A stretch of DNA of 64,000 nt from an uncultured Spirochaetota bacterium (GTDB lineage Bacteria > Spirochaetota > Spirochaetia > SZUA-6 > Fen-1364): the NCBI GenBank assembly GCA_963845535.1, contig CAWJSK010000019.1, forward strand, positions 320,001 to 384,000. The letters are read 5' to 3'. Under the pieces are notes generated by a model that saw only the letters and a program-made list of their open reading frames with translations, made no database searches and was not told where the DNA came from. Position numbers and translations under genes: made by a program. Positions 1 through 8,286 of the stretch are shown in pieces. Within the stretch, counting starts at the first letter, position 1, and the number at the start of each line of letters is the position of its first letter.

Positions 1-1
1 G

Positions 2-1753
2 ACGCTTGATCCGCCTCTGCACCTCGGGTCTGCGAAGCTCGCTGAGGAGGACCTCCGCCGTGCGCTCGCCGATCCCGTGGATTTCCAGAAGCGGCGCCGG
101 GTCTTCCGCCTCGGCAAGCTTCAAGAGTGAATCGATGTCGGAGTATCCCGCGTTGATGAGGAGCTCCGTGACCTTTTGCCCGATCTCGGGGATCCCCAGG
201 GACGGAAAGACGACGTGGAACGGCAGCTTCTTGCTCTTATCGATCCCTTCGCGTATTCCGGCGACTTTTTTCTCACCGAATCCCGGCAGCTCAATGAGCC
301 GGGCCGGGTCGAACGAATAGATGTCATCGATGTCGTGAATGAGATCGTTCTTGAGAAGAGCGTCGATGGTCTCCGGCCCCAGGCCTTCGATGTCCATCTG
401 GCCGCGGCCGACGAAGAAGTTCAGCCTGCCCCTCACCTGGTCGGGACAGGACGGGTTCACGCAGAAATGATGCGCGCCTTGTTTGGCCAGGCGTGAAGAG
501 CAAGAGGGGCACGTGTCGGGAAGCTTCCACGTGCTTGCCCCGTTCTCGTTCTTCTCCAACACGCGTTCGACGGCCGGGATGACGTCCCCGCGCCGGGAGA
601 CCGCCACCTTGTCTCCCACGGCCAGCTCCAGCATGTCGATGTATTCCTGGTTGTGCAGCGTGACGTTTGAAATCGTGGCGCCTCCTATGCGCACCGGCTC
701 CACGCGCGCCACGGGTGTGATCCTTCCCGTCCTCCCCACCTGCGTCTCGATGGCTTTCACTGTCGTTGCGCCTTCGGGAGACTCGAACTTGAAGGCAATG
801 GCCCACCGCGGATGGTGCCCCGTGTAGCCCAGCGCGTCGCGGGCGGCAATCTCGTTGACCTTTGCCACCACTCCGTCGATCTCATAGTCCAGGGATTCGC
901 GCGCGCCGCGCTCCTCCTCGAGGAAGCCGGCCATGTCTCGCGTGCCGCCGGTGCGCCACTGAGGGTGGCGGCCGCGCACCTCCGCGAGCTCCGTGCCATC
1001 GGAGAAGTACCCGATCCGTGGATTGAGCCGGAACCCCAGCTCTTCCAGGAGCTCCAGCGTTTGCCGGTGAGTCCCGAGGGGCGGGTCGAAAAAACCCTCA
1101 TACACGAAGATCGAAAGAGGCACCCCGGCAACCTCGCCGCTCTTGACCCTTCGGAGCGTGCCCGAGGCGAGGTTTCGCGGGTTCGCGTATGGCTCTTCCA
1201 TCTTCGCATTGATGGTCGAAAAGAGGCTCTTGGGCAGGAAGATCTCACCGCGGGCCGCCACGGTACGGGCTTTCGACAGGCGCAGCGGGACGGTCCGAAT
1301 CGTTTTCACGTTTGCGGTGACATCGTTGCCCACGAGGCCGTTGCCGCGCGTGACCGCCCGTGTGAGCAAACCGTCAATGTAATACAGCACGATTGATGCG
1401 CCGTCGATCTTCTCCTCGCAGATGTAGGAGAGGCTTCGAGCCGCGTTGCGGCCGGTCTTTTCGGCCCACTCGGCCAGCTCCGAAGCCGTGTACGCCTTGT
1501 CGAGGCTGAGCACGGGAATGGTATGCGCGACTTCGGGAAGGTCCTGGCTGAGATCCGAGCCGACCCGGCGGGTGGGGGAGTCAGGCAGCACAAGGTCGGG
1601 AAAACGGCTTTCAATGGTAACCAGCTCGTCATACAGCGTGTCATACTCGCGGTCCGACACGAGCGGCCGGGAATCCACGTAGTAAGCGCGCTGGTATTGG
1701 CCCAGGAGGCGGACAAGCTCGCGGGCCCGCTTCTCCGCGTCCCTTCGGGTCAT
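2..1753 (-). CDS. ligA: NAD-dependent DNA ligase, 3' end beyond window start
   Basis: Manual translation from ATG at 1753: MTRRDAEKRARELVRLLGQYQRAYYVDSRPLVSDREYD...PDSPTRRVG...VLSLDKAY...EEKIDG (adenylation motif KxDG). The frame runs to the window edge, so it is absent from the ORF track. Confidence 0.97.
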   Translation of the reverse strand, partial: MTRRDAEKRARELVRLLGQYQRAYYVDSRPLVSDREYDTLYDELVTIESRFPDLVLPDSPTRRVGSDLSQDLPEVAHTIPVLSLDKAYTASELAEWAEKTGRNAARSLSYICEEKIDGASIVLYYIDGLLTRAVTRGNGLVGNDVTANVKTIRTVPLRLSKARTVAARGEIFLPKSLFSTINAKMEEPYANPRNLASGTLRRVKSGEVAGVPLSIFVYEGFFDPPLGTHRQTLELLEELGFRLNPRIGYFSDGTELAEVRGRHPQWRTGGTRDMAGFLEEERGARESLDYEIDGVVAKVNEIAARDALGYTGHHPRWAIAFKFESPEGATTVKAIETQVGRTGRITPVARVEPVRIGGATISNVTLHNQEYIDMLELAVGDKVAVSRRGDVIPAVERVLEKNENGASTWKLPDTCPSCSSRLAKQGAHHFCVNPSCPDQVRGRLNFFVGRGQMDIEGLGPETIDALLKNDLIHDIDDIYSFDPARLIELPGFGEKKVAGIREGIDKSKKLPFHVVFPSLGIPEIGQKVTELLINAGYSDIDSLLKLAEAEDPAPLLEIHGIGERTAEVLLSELRRPEVQRRIKR

Positions 1754-1762
1754 GGCCCCGTT

Positions 1763-3025
1763 CTACTCCCGGCGGACAAAGGCGTCGCGGAAGCCTTTGA
1801 ACTTGAACACGGGAAGGAGCGTGCCGCTTTCGGCTTTGTTCAACGGGCCGATCAGCACCCTGTACATCTGCTTTGCCCCGGAGGCGGGGGCAAGGACGAG
1901 GACCGGATACGTCTGCATCAGGCTCACGGCCAGCCCCTGAGCCACTTCCTGCGTCGCGTAGGCGCCGAGCTGGACGTAGAACGTGGCCGTGTTTTTCTTT
2001 CCGGTGAGCCTGGGCAGGGATGAGACAACCTGCGCCTGCCCCGGCTGTCTTTCCGGCGTCGCCTGAGTCACCGGCGCGCTGGTTGGCTGCTCCGCGGGCG
2101 TCTGCGGCGGGTTGAGCGCCACCTGCGCGCCCGCTTCCGGCTGGCTGGGCTGCGCCGCCGAAGACGCGGCTTCCTGCGGCGTTGGCTGCTGCTGCGGCTG
2201 AGCTTCAGCCAGCGGGACTTGGGATTGCGCGCCGGAAGGGCTCGCGGTTTCTCCGGACACGGATGGCGTTTCCCCCTGGGCCGGCTGCGTCGGCGCCTCC
2301 GCCGCCGACGCGGTCTGCTCAGGCGTTGACGGTTTGTACGCGAACTTCTGGTCCTCACGCGGCGGGAGGAAAAGCTGCTTCTGCGGGTTTCGCGAAGCCG
2401 CCTCCGCGAGGATCTCTGCATCCTCGGCGGACTGCGCCGCGGCGGGCGGCTGCTGTGCCTGGGCCGCGGATTGCGGCTGCGCGGCGGGCTGCTGGGCTTG
2501 CGCCGCGGATTGCTGATCCTGCGCGGACGGCTGCTGCCCGGCGGACTGCTGGGCTTGCCCGGCCGCCTGCTGGTCTTGCGCACCGGTTTGTTGTGCCGTG
2601 CCCGGCGCGCCTGCGTATGCTGCGCCGGGGTTCACGTCCGAATCCGGGTTATACGTGCCTTCAGGAGCCGCGCTGGCTCCGGTGGATGCTGCTTGCTGCT
2701 GCACGGTGACCCGCACCTGGGTGATGCTGCCCGGGGCAATCCCCACGGCGTCGGCTGCTTTCGGGGAAAGGAGGATCAGCAGGCCCGACTGGTCGTCCGT
2801 GCGCTGGCTCACCGTGACGATTGCGCTCTTGCCGTTCTCGAGGTTCTGGACTTTCAGCCGCGTGTCAGGAGGGAAGGAGTTCGACGCCGCGTAGAGACCG
2901 CTCTCGAACGCGGCATCCCCTCTCTGCACGGCGGCATTCCCGTCCCAATAGCTGTCCGCGGACGCGAGACAGGGGGTCATGAGAAAGGGGATCATGAGGA
3001 GGCAAAGGATAACCCATCTCTTCAT
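1763..3025 (-). CDS. Secreted RlpA-like (DPBB) + SPOR domain protein with Q/A/P-rich linker
   Basis: Signal peptide MKRWVILCLLMIPF. N-domain AASNSFPPDTRLKVQNLENGKSAIVTV...LSPKAADAVG is RlpA-like. C-terminal FYVQLGAY...YRVLIGP...GFRDAFV is SPOR. Start chosen from the AGGGAG RBS. Confidence 0.8.
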   Translation of the reverse strand: MKRWVILCLLMIPFLMTPCLASADSYWDGNAAVQRGDAAFESGLYAASNSFPPDTRLKVQNLENGKSAIVTVSQRTDDQSGLLILLSPKAADAVGIAPGSITQVRVTVQQQAASTGASAAPEGTYNPDSDVNPGAAYAGAPGTAQQTGAQDQQAAGQAQQSAGQQPSAQDQQSAAQAQQPAAQPQSAAQAQQPPAAAQSAEDAEILAEAASRNPQKQLFLPPREDQKFAYKPSTPEQTASAAEAPTQPAQGETPSVSGETASPSGAQSQVPLAEAQPQQQPTPQEAASSAAQPSQPEAGAQVALNPPQTPAEQPTSAPVTQATPERQPGQAQVVSSLPRLTGKKNTATFYVQLGAYATQEVAQGLAVSLMQTYPVLVLAPASGAKQMYRVLIGPLNKAESGTLLPVFKFKGFRDAFVRRE

Positions 3026-3220
3026 TGCGATCATGCTCCCTACGAGGCAATTACTTGCCGCACATTTCCTCACATTCATTTCTTCCATAATCATCGGAAA
3101 AACGGGCGCGCTCGTGAGACAAGATTTCACTCTCCCCGGTCTCGTCTCTTCCATAGTAGCAGAGTCCGTTCAGTATGACGACAGTGACGGCAGCGGCCCG
3201 CTGCGCCCCCGCGATGCGCC

Positions 3221-3727
3221 CTAGAGCGGTTGAGCAAGCGCCTTTGCGACCTTCTGGGATATCAGCTTGCCAAGCTCAACTCCCAGGGCAGCGCGGTCCG
3301 TGCTCTTCTCCCGTCCGGCATTGGTGGCGGAAACCTTGTCGGACAGGGATGTGGACCCGCTCTCCGTGTTGACGAGGGAGAACGTGGCTGAGCACGCGAC
3401 GCGGACCTGATCGTTCTCCACCTTCGTCTGGGTGTAGGCCACCGTGATCCTGAGGAGCCACCCCGCCCTGCCTTCGCGCGCAATCTCGGCAAGGTCAACC
3501 GCGCGCGCCGTGTCGCCGGCCTTCCCGGCGTCGAACACGATGTGTCCCGCCTCGAAGAGGCCGGTGGACACGCCCTCCACGCTGGGAAGGGGCGGCTCAC
3601 TCGGCGTTCCGTCCACGGTTTCCCGCACGGCGATCATGACGGTTTCCGCGTCAAGCGCACCGGCGGCAAGCACCGTCAGTATGACGGACAGCAGGCTGAC
3701 AAGCGTGATCCTTTGTGTTCGTGACAT
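3221..3727 (-). CDS. Hypothetical exported protein
   Basis: 168-aa ORF with signal-peptide-like N-terminus and GGAGGAG RBS; no recognised domain. Confidence 0.65.
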   Translation of the reverse strand: MSRTQRITLVSLLSVILTVLAAGALDAETVMIAVRETVDGTPSEPPLPSVEGVSTGLFEAGHIVFDAGKAGDTARAVDLAEIAREGRAGWLLRITVAYTQTKVENDQVRVACSATFSLVNTESGSTSLSDKVSATNAGREKSTDRAALGVELGKLISQKVAKALAQPL

Positions 3728-3817
3728 GGGAGCTCCTCCCCCTTAGTATATCGGCGGCCGGTCCCGGAAAACGACTCTTGATGGAGAGCGGTTGGCGGTG
3801 GTAGGTTCTCCGGCCAG

Positions 3818-4366
3818 ATGTCGTTCTTTGCGGTGCAGATCTGGACTGGAGACGAGGGGCGCTTCCTCACCATTGCCGCGCAGCGGGTCCGTGATGACGA
3901 AGTGAGGTTCTACTGGCCCCGGCGCAGCCTGCGGATCAAGCGCGGTGGCAAATGGAAAGAATCCCTGGCGCCGATATTCCCCGGGTACATGTTCATCCAG
4001 GCCGAATCCATACGGCCGGAGCTCTACGGGGTGCTGAGAGAGGCCCCCGGATTCCTCCGCTTCCTCCTTTCCAACGACAACATCGTCCCGCTGGAGCGCG
4101 CGGACCAGGCGCTCCTCAGCCACTTCCTGGGATTCGGCGAGATCGTGGACAAGTCGATGGTGTTCTTCGATGAGAACAAGCGGATCCGCGTGGTCTCGGG
4201 GCCCTTGAAAGGATTGGAGGGCAGGATCATCCGGGTGGATCGCAGGAAAGGCCGGGCCAAGGTGCGCCTGGAAATGTACCAGGATTCATTCGATATAGAC
4301 TTCGGGTTCGATTCCATGGAGGCCGCCCCGGAGAGGCCGGCGGAGCCTTCCGGACAGCTCGCCTGA
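3818..4366 (+). CDS. loaP: NusG paralogue, LoaP/UpxY-type antiterminator
   Basis: NGN motif PIFPGYMFI. KOW motif IRVVSGPLKGLEGRI followed by basic VDRRKGRAKV. Lies directly upstream of sugar-nucleotide genes. Confidence 0.75.
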   Translation: MSFFAVQIWTGDEGRFLTIAAQRVRDDEVRFYWPRRSLRIKRGGKWKESLAPIFPGYMFIQAESIRPELYGVLREAPGFLRFLLSNDNIVPLERADQALLSHFLGFGEIVDKSMVFFDENKRIRVVSGPLKGLEGRIIRVDRRKGRAKVRLEMYQDSFDIDFGFDSMEAAPERPAEPSGQLA

Positions 4367-4410
4367 TCTTATCGTCAATCTTTTTTGGGGGAATCCGACA
4401 TTCTTAGGTG

Positions 4411-5889
4411 ATGGCGGACGAATCCCGCAACAGCATCTACATTATCGGCGCCGGCCTCACCGGCACGACCCTGGCAGCGGAGATCCGCGCAAAGAGGATC
4501 TTCGGCCACGTGGTGGCATTCCTCGACGATGACCCCGCCAAGATCGGCCGGCGCGTCGACGAGATACCCATCCTCGGGCCCATCGAGGCCGTGGCCCGGA
4601 TCCTGAAGACGACCCCGGCCGACGAAGCCATCATCGCCATCCCCAGCGCCACGCGCGAGCAGCTTGCCAGGATCTACGCGATATTGAAGAAGGCCAAGTT
4701 CGCCCGCATCCGCATCGTCCCGCAGATTGCCCAGATCCTCGACGGCGAGGCTCATCTCATCCAGGCGCGCGAGATCGATCCCGAGGACTTCCTGGCACGA
4801 AGCCCGGTGCGCGTGAACTTGAAAAAGAGCCTCGCGTACATCCAGGGCAAGAGGGTGTTCGTGACGGGGGCGGGCGGGAGCATCGGTTCGGAAATCTGCC
4901 GCCAGCTCCTGGAAGGCAAGGCGGAAAGGCTGTACCTCTTCGGCCACGGGGAAAACAGCATCTACGAGATCGAGCGTGAGCTTCGCGTGCTGCAGGACGA
5001 GGGGGTCGGAGAGAAGGCGACCATCGTCCCCATCATCGGGGAGATCCAGGACAGGGACTACGTGCAGTTCATCCTTTCGCGGACCCGGACTGACGTGGTG
5101 TTCCACACCGCGGCCCACAAGCATGTCCCGCTCATGGAGGCCAACCCCGTCGAGGCCGTCAAGAACAACGTGTTCGGCACGAAAAACATTGTCGACGCCG
5201 CCCGCAAGGCCGGCGTGGAACGCTTCGTGCTCATCTCCACGGACAAGGCGGTCGAGCCCGCCAGCGTGTATGGGGCATCCAAGCTCCTTGCCGAGGAGAT
5301 CGTGCTGCGTGAGGGAAAAAACGGCCGCGCGTTCCTCGTCGTGCGTTTCGGCAACGTGCTGGGGTCGAGCGGCAGCATCCTCCCGCTTTTTCGAAAGCAG
5401 ATCCTGAAAGGCGGTCCGGTCACCATAACCCATCCTGAGATGCGCCGCTTCTTCATGACGATCCCCGAGGCTTCATCCCTCGTGCTGAAAGCCGGCGGGG
5501 TCGGGGCTGGCGGGGAAGTCTACCTGCTCGACATGGGGGAGGCCGTCTCCATCAAGGAGCTTGCCGAGCAGATGATTCGATTCTACGGCTACGAGCCCGA
5601 CTCCGACGTGAAGCTCGTCTACACGGGCCTGCGCCGGGGGGAGAAGCTCCTGGAAAAACTGCACGCGGATACGGAAGTCACGGAGTCCACCGGCCAACCC
5701 AAGATCCTCAAGCTCCAGAGGAAGACGCTCATCAACGGCAGGATCACCTCCGTGCTGGAAAGGCTGCGGCCCGTATGTTTCCATGATCCGCAGTCCCCCG
5801 CGTCTTTCCGCAACAAGCGATGCCTGCGGGCCATCCTCCAGGAGGTCATCCCGGGGATCGAGCTTGCCCCCGACGAGCCGGAGTTCTAA
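4411..5889 (+). CDS. UDP-GlcNAc 4,6-dehydratase, PglF/CapD type (no N-terminal TM segments)
   Basis: IIGAG...FLDDD CoA-binding-like domain; VTGAGGSIGSEI, HTAAHKHVP, ISTDKAV, YGASK, VRFGNVLGSSGS, RFFMTIPEA, GEKLLE motifs. Confidence 0.9.
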   Translation: MADESRNSIYIIGAGLTGTTLAAEIRAKRIFGHVVAFLDDDPAKIGRRVDEIPILGPIEAVARILKTTPADEAIIAIPSATREQLARIYAILKKAKFARIRIVPQIAQILDGEAHLIQAREIDPEDFLARSPVRVNLKKSLAYIQGKRVFVTGAGGSIGSEICRQLLEGKAERLYLFGHGENSIYEIERELRVLQDEGVGEKATIVPIIGEIQDRDYVQFILSRTRTDVVFHTAAHKHVPLMEANPVEAVKNNVFGTKNIVDAARKAGVERFVLISTDKAVEPASVYGASKLLAEEIVLREGKNGRAFLVVRFGNVLGSSGSILPLFRKQILKGGPVTITHPEMRRFFMTIPEASSLVLKAGGVGAGGEVYLLDMGEAVSIKELAEQMIRFYGYEPDSDVKLVYTGLRRGEKLLEKLHADTEVTESTGQPKILKLQRKTLINGRITSVLERLRPVCFHDPQSPASFRNKRCLRAILQEVIPGIELAPDEPEF

Positions 5890-5895
5890 AGACCC

Positions 5896-7098
5896 GTGAG
5901 CGCGCAAAAACCCAGCCGCAAGGCTCCCTTCGTCCCGTTCTTCCGACCTTCCCTCGGCGCTGAGGAGGAAGGGGCGGTCATCTCCGTGCTCAGGAGCGGC
6001 TGGCTCACCACGGGTGAAGTGGCGGCGCGATTCGAGCGCGAGTTTGCCGCCGTCACGGGCGCGCGCCATGCGCTGGCGGTCAACTCAGCCACCGCGGGGC
6101 TGCACCTGGCCCTCGAAGCACTTGGCGTCGGCAACGCGGACGCTGTCATCACCACGCCGTATACCTTCGCGGCAACCGCCGAAGTGATCCGCTACCTCGG
6201 GGCGGAGCCTCTTTTCGTGGATATCCAATCCGCTTCGATGAACATCGACCCTTCCGCGGTGGAGCAGGCCCTCGAGAAATGCAGGGCTGAGAATCGAAAG
6301 GTCTCGGCGATCCTTCCGGTCCACGTGGCGGGCCTGCCCTGCGACATGGGCGCGCTCACGGAGATTGCCCGCCGCTACGGCGTCCCCGTTGTGGAAGACG
6401 CGGCGCATGCGTTCCCCGTGCGCGTCGGCGGGCGATTTGTCGGCGCTCTTGGCGATGCCGGGGTGTACTCCTTTTATGCGACGAAGACCATGACGACAGG
6501 GGAAGGCGGGATGCTCGTCACCGACAGGGACGAGGTGGCGGCACGGGCGCGCGTTATGCGTCTGCACGGCATTGACCGCGACGTCTGGAACCGGTACACG
6601 TCGCAGAACGCCTCATGGAAGTACGACATCATCGCGCCCGGCTTCAAGTACAACTTGAGCGACATTGCGGCGGCCATAGGGCTGGCGCAGCTCGCCAAGG
6701 CGCAGGACTTCCTGCTTCAGCGCACCCGCATTGCCCGCCGTTACCGTGAGGCCCTTGCCGGCCTGGACTTTCTTGAGCCGCCTGCCGCAGCCGAGAACCA
6801 CGCCTGGCACCTTTTCATCATCCACGTCGTCCCCGACAAGCTCTCCGTTGACAGGGACGCCTTTGCGGAGGAGCTCATGCGCCGCGGGATTGGCATCTCA
6901 GTTCATTTCATCCCGCTGCACCTGATGAGCTACTACCGAAAGAGGTACGACCTGAAGCCTGAGAGCTTCCCGCGGGCGTTGGAGAGCTTCCGCACGTGCA
7001 TCAGCCTTCCCCTTTCACCCTCCCTCTCTGATGAGGAAGTGGAACGGGTGATCACGGCGGTGAAAGAGACGGGGCTCTCTCACCGCGTTCCACGCTAA
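5896..7098 (+). CDS. DegT/DnrJ/EryC1/StrS PLP-dependent sugar aminotransferase
   Basis: SGWLTTG, VNSATAGLHLAL, EDAAHA, SFYATKTMTTGEGG, GFKYNLSD motifs. Confidence 0.93.
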   Translation: MSAQKPSRKAPFVPFFRPSLGAEEEGAVISVLRSGWLTTGEVAARFEREFAAVTGARHALAVNSATAGLHLALEALGVGNADAVITTPYTFAATAEVIRYLGAEPLFVDIQSASMNIDPSAVEQALEKCRAENRKVSAILPVHVAGLPCDMGALTEIARRYGVPVVEDAAHAFPVRVGGRFVGALGDAGVYSFYATKTMTTGEGGMLVTDRDEVAARARVMRLHGIDRDVWNRYTSQNASWKYDIIAPGFKYNLSDIAAAIGLAQLAKAQDFLLQRTRIARRYREALAGLDFLEPPAAAENHAWHLFIIHVVPDKLSVDRDAFAEELMRRGIGISVHFIPLHLMSYYRKRYDLKPESFPRALESFRTCISLPLSPSLSDEEVERVITAVKETGLSHRVPR

Positions 7099-8189
7099 CC
7101 TCCCAGGTTCTTGCTCTCCTTCTGAATGGCTTCGAGCTCCGCGGCGTTGTCCAGCACCTCGAAGTCGATGGTCATCGAATACTCGGCCTGGCCTTCGATC
7201 ATGGGAAGCATTCCCTTTTCCCGAAGCACTCCCCGGCCAAGCGGCAACGAATTGCCCGGCTCCAGACCCAGGACGTAGAATCCCTTTCGGACCATCTTCC
7301 ACTCCGTCAGATGGGGCAGCTCCTTGGCGTTCCAGCGCAGGACCATACCCAGGGGCTGGCCATCCCCGACGTCCGGGTTCAACAGGGCCACAAACGTCCT
7401 TCCGTGGTTGTCCGTCCCCAGGGAATGGAAGAAGACCTTCTCCTGGTAGCCTTGCACCGGCTCGGGGAAGCCGCGGCACTCCTCCACGCCCTTGTCTTTG
7501 CGCGCTTCCTCGTCTCGCGCCTCGGTCTTCTTGATGGGCCCGACGACCTTCGCCTTCGGTCCAAGAAGGGGAAATCCGAAGTTGAAATGATACAGCATGA
7601 CGAGCGGCTGCGGCTCGAACCCCCGGTTCAAGACCGTGTCCGTGATCCGAAACCCTTTTGCGCCAAGGCGGGTGTCTATCCTGCGCGTGAGCGTGAGGTT
7701 TTCCACCATGGCCTCCGCTTCCCGCATGGTTCCCTTGAGCCGAATGAGATATTCGTCACCCTCCCAGTCCTGGTCCACGCAAAGGTTCTCCGCGGCTGCG
7801 TTGGCCACCCTTCCGTGCAATCCGAACGGCTTGCCCTGGTCCACGCTCGGCGCGCCGGCGTTGGAAATCCCGCACGTGGTCAGGAGCCCCACGGAGAAGC
7901 TGCGCCGCCATTCGAGGCCGGGCTCCGCGTAGTATCCCGGCGCGGTGATTCCCGTGCCGGAAAAGAAAGAAATCGACTTTCCCTTGTACGATGCGAACGG
8001 GATGTCCATTCCGCGCCCGGGAAGCACGGTGAAGGAAAGGCCGCTTCCCGTCGTAACCTCGACGGCGCGCACGCCGTCCGCTTTTCCGTCCGTGAGCACC
8101 GCTCCGCGCGCGCCCGCGATCTGCAACGGGTCCCCCATGTAGGAGACCAGCTCCGCGCGCTTCCAGTTCCTGCCCGCATACCAGGCCAT
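7095..8189 (-). CDS. Aldose 1-epimerase family protein (DUF4432)
   Basis: GRGMDI, GLLTTCG, GLHGR, MLYHFNFGFPLL, YVLGLEP motifs; AAGGAGG RBS before ATG 8189. Confidence 0.8.
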   Translation of the reverse strand: MAWYAGRNWKRAELVSYMGDPLQIAGARGAVLTDGKADGVRAVEVTTGSGLSFTVLPGRGMDIPFASYKGKSISFFSGTGITAPGYYAEPGLEWRRSFSVGLLTTCGISNAGAPSVDQGKPFGLHGRVANAAAENLCVDQDWEGDEYLIRLKGTMREAEAMVENLTLTRRIDTRLGAKGFRITDTVLNRGFEPQPLVMLYHFNFGFPLLGPKAKVVGPIKKTEARDEEARKDKGVEECRGFPEPVQGYQEKVFFHSLGTDNHGRTFVALLNPDVGDGQPLGMVLRWNAKELPHLTEWKMVRKGFYVLGLEPGNSLPLGRGVLREKGMLPMIEGQAEYSMTIDFEVLDNAAELEAIQKESKNLGG

Positions 8190-8235
8190 TTTCGCCCTCC
8201 TTTTCCGCTTCAGAATAGCACACACACGTTCCGTA

Positions 8236-8264
8236 TTTACATCTCACGGTGCCACAGATACTAT
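8236..8264 (+). promoter_or_regulatory. Putative sigma70 promoter of the dnaE operon
   Basis: TTTACA-N17-TACTAT upstream of the GAGGGG RBS. Confidence 0.5.
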
Positions 8265-8286
8265 CTGCACTGAGGGGAACCATCTC

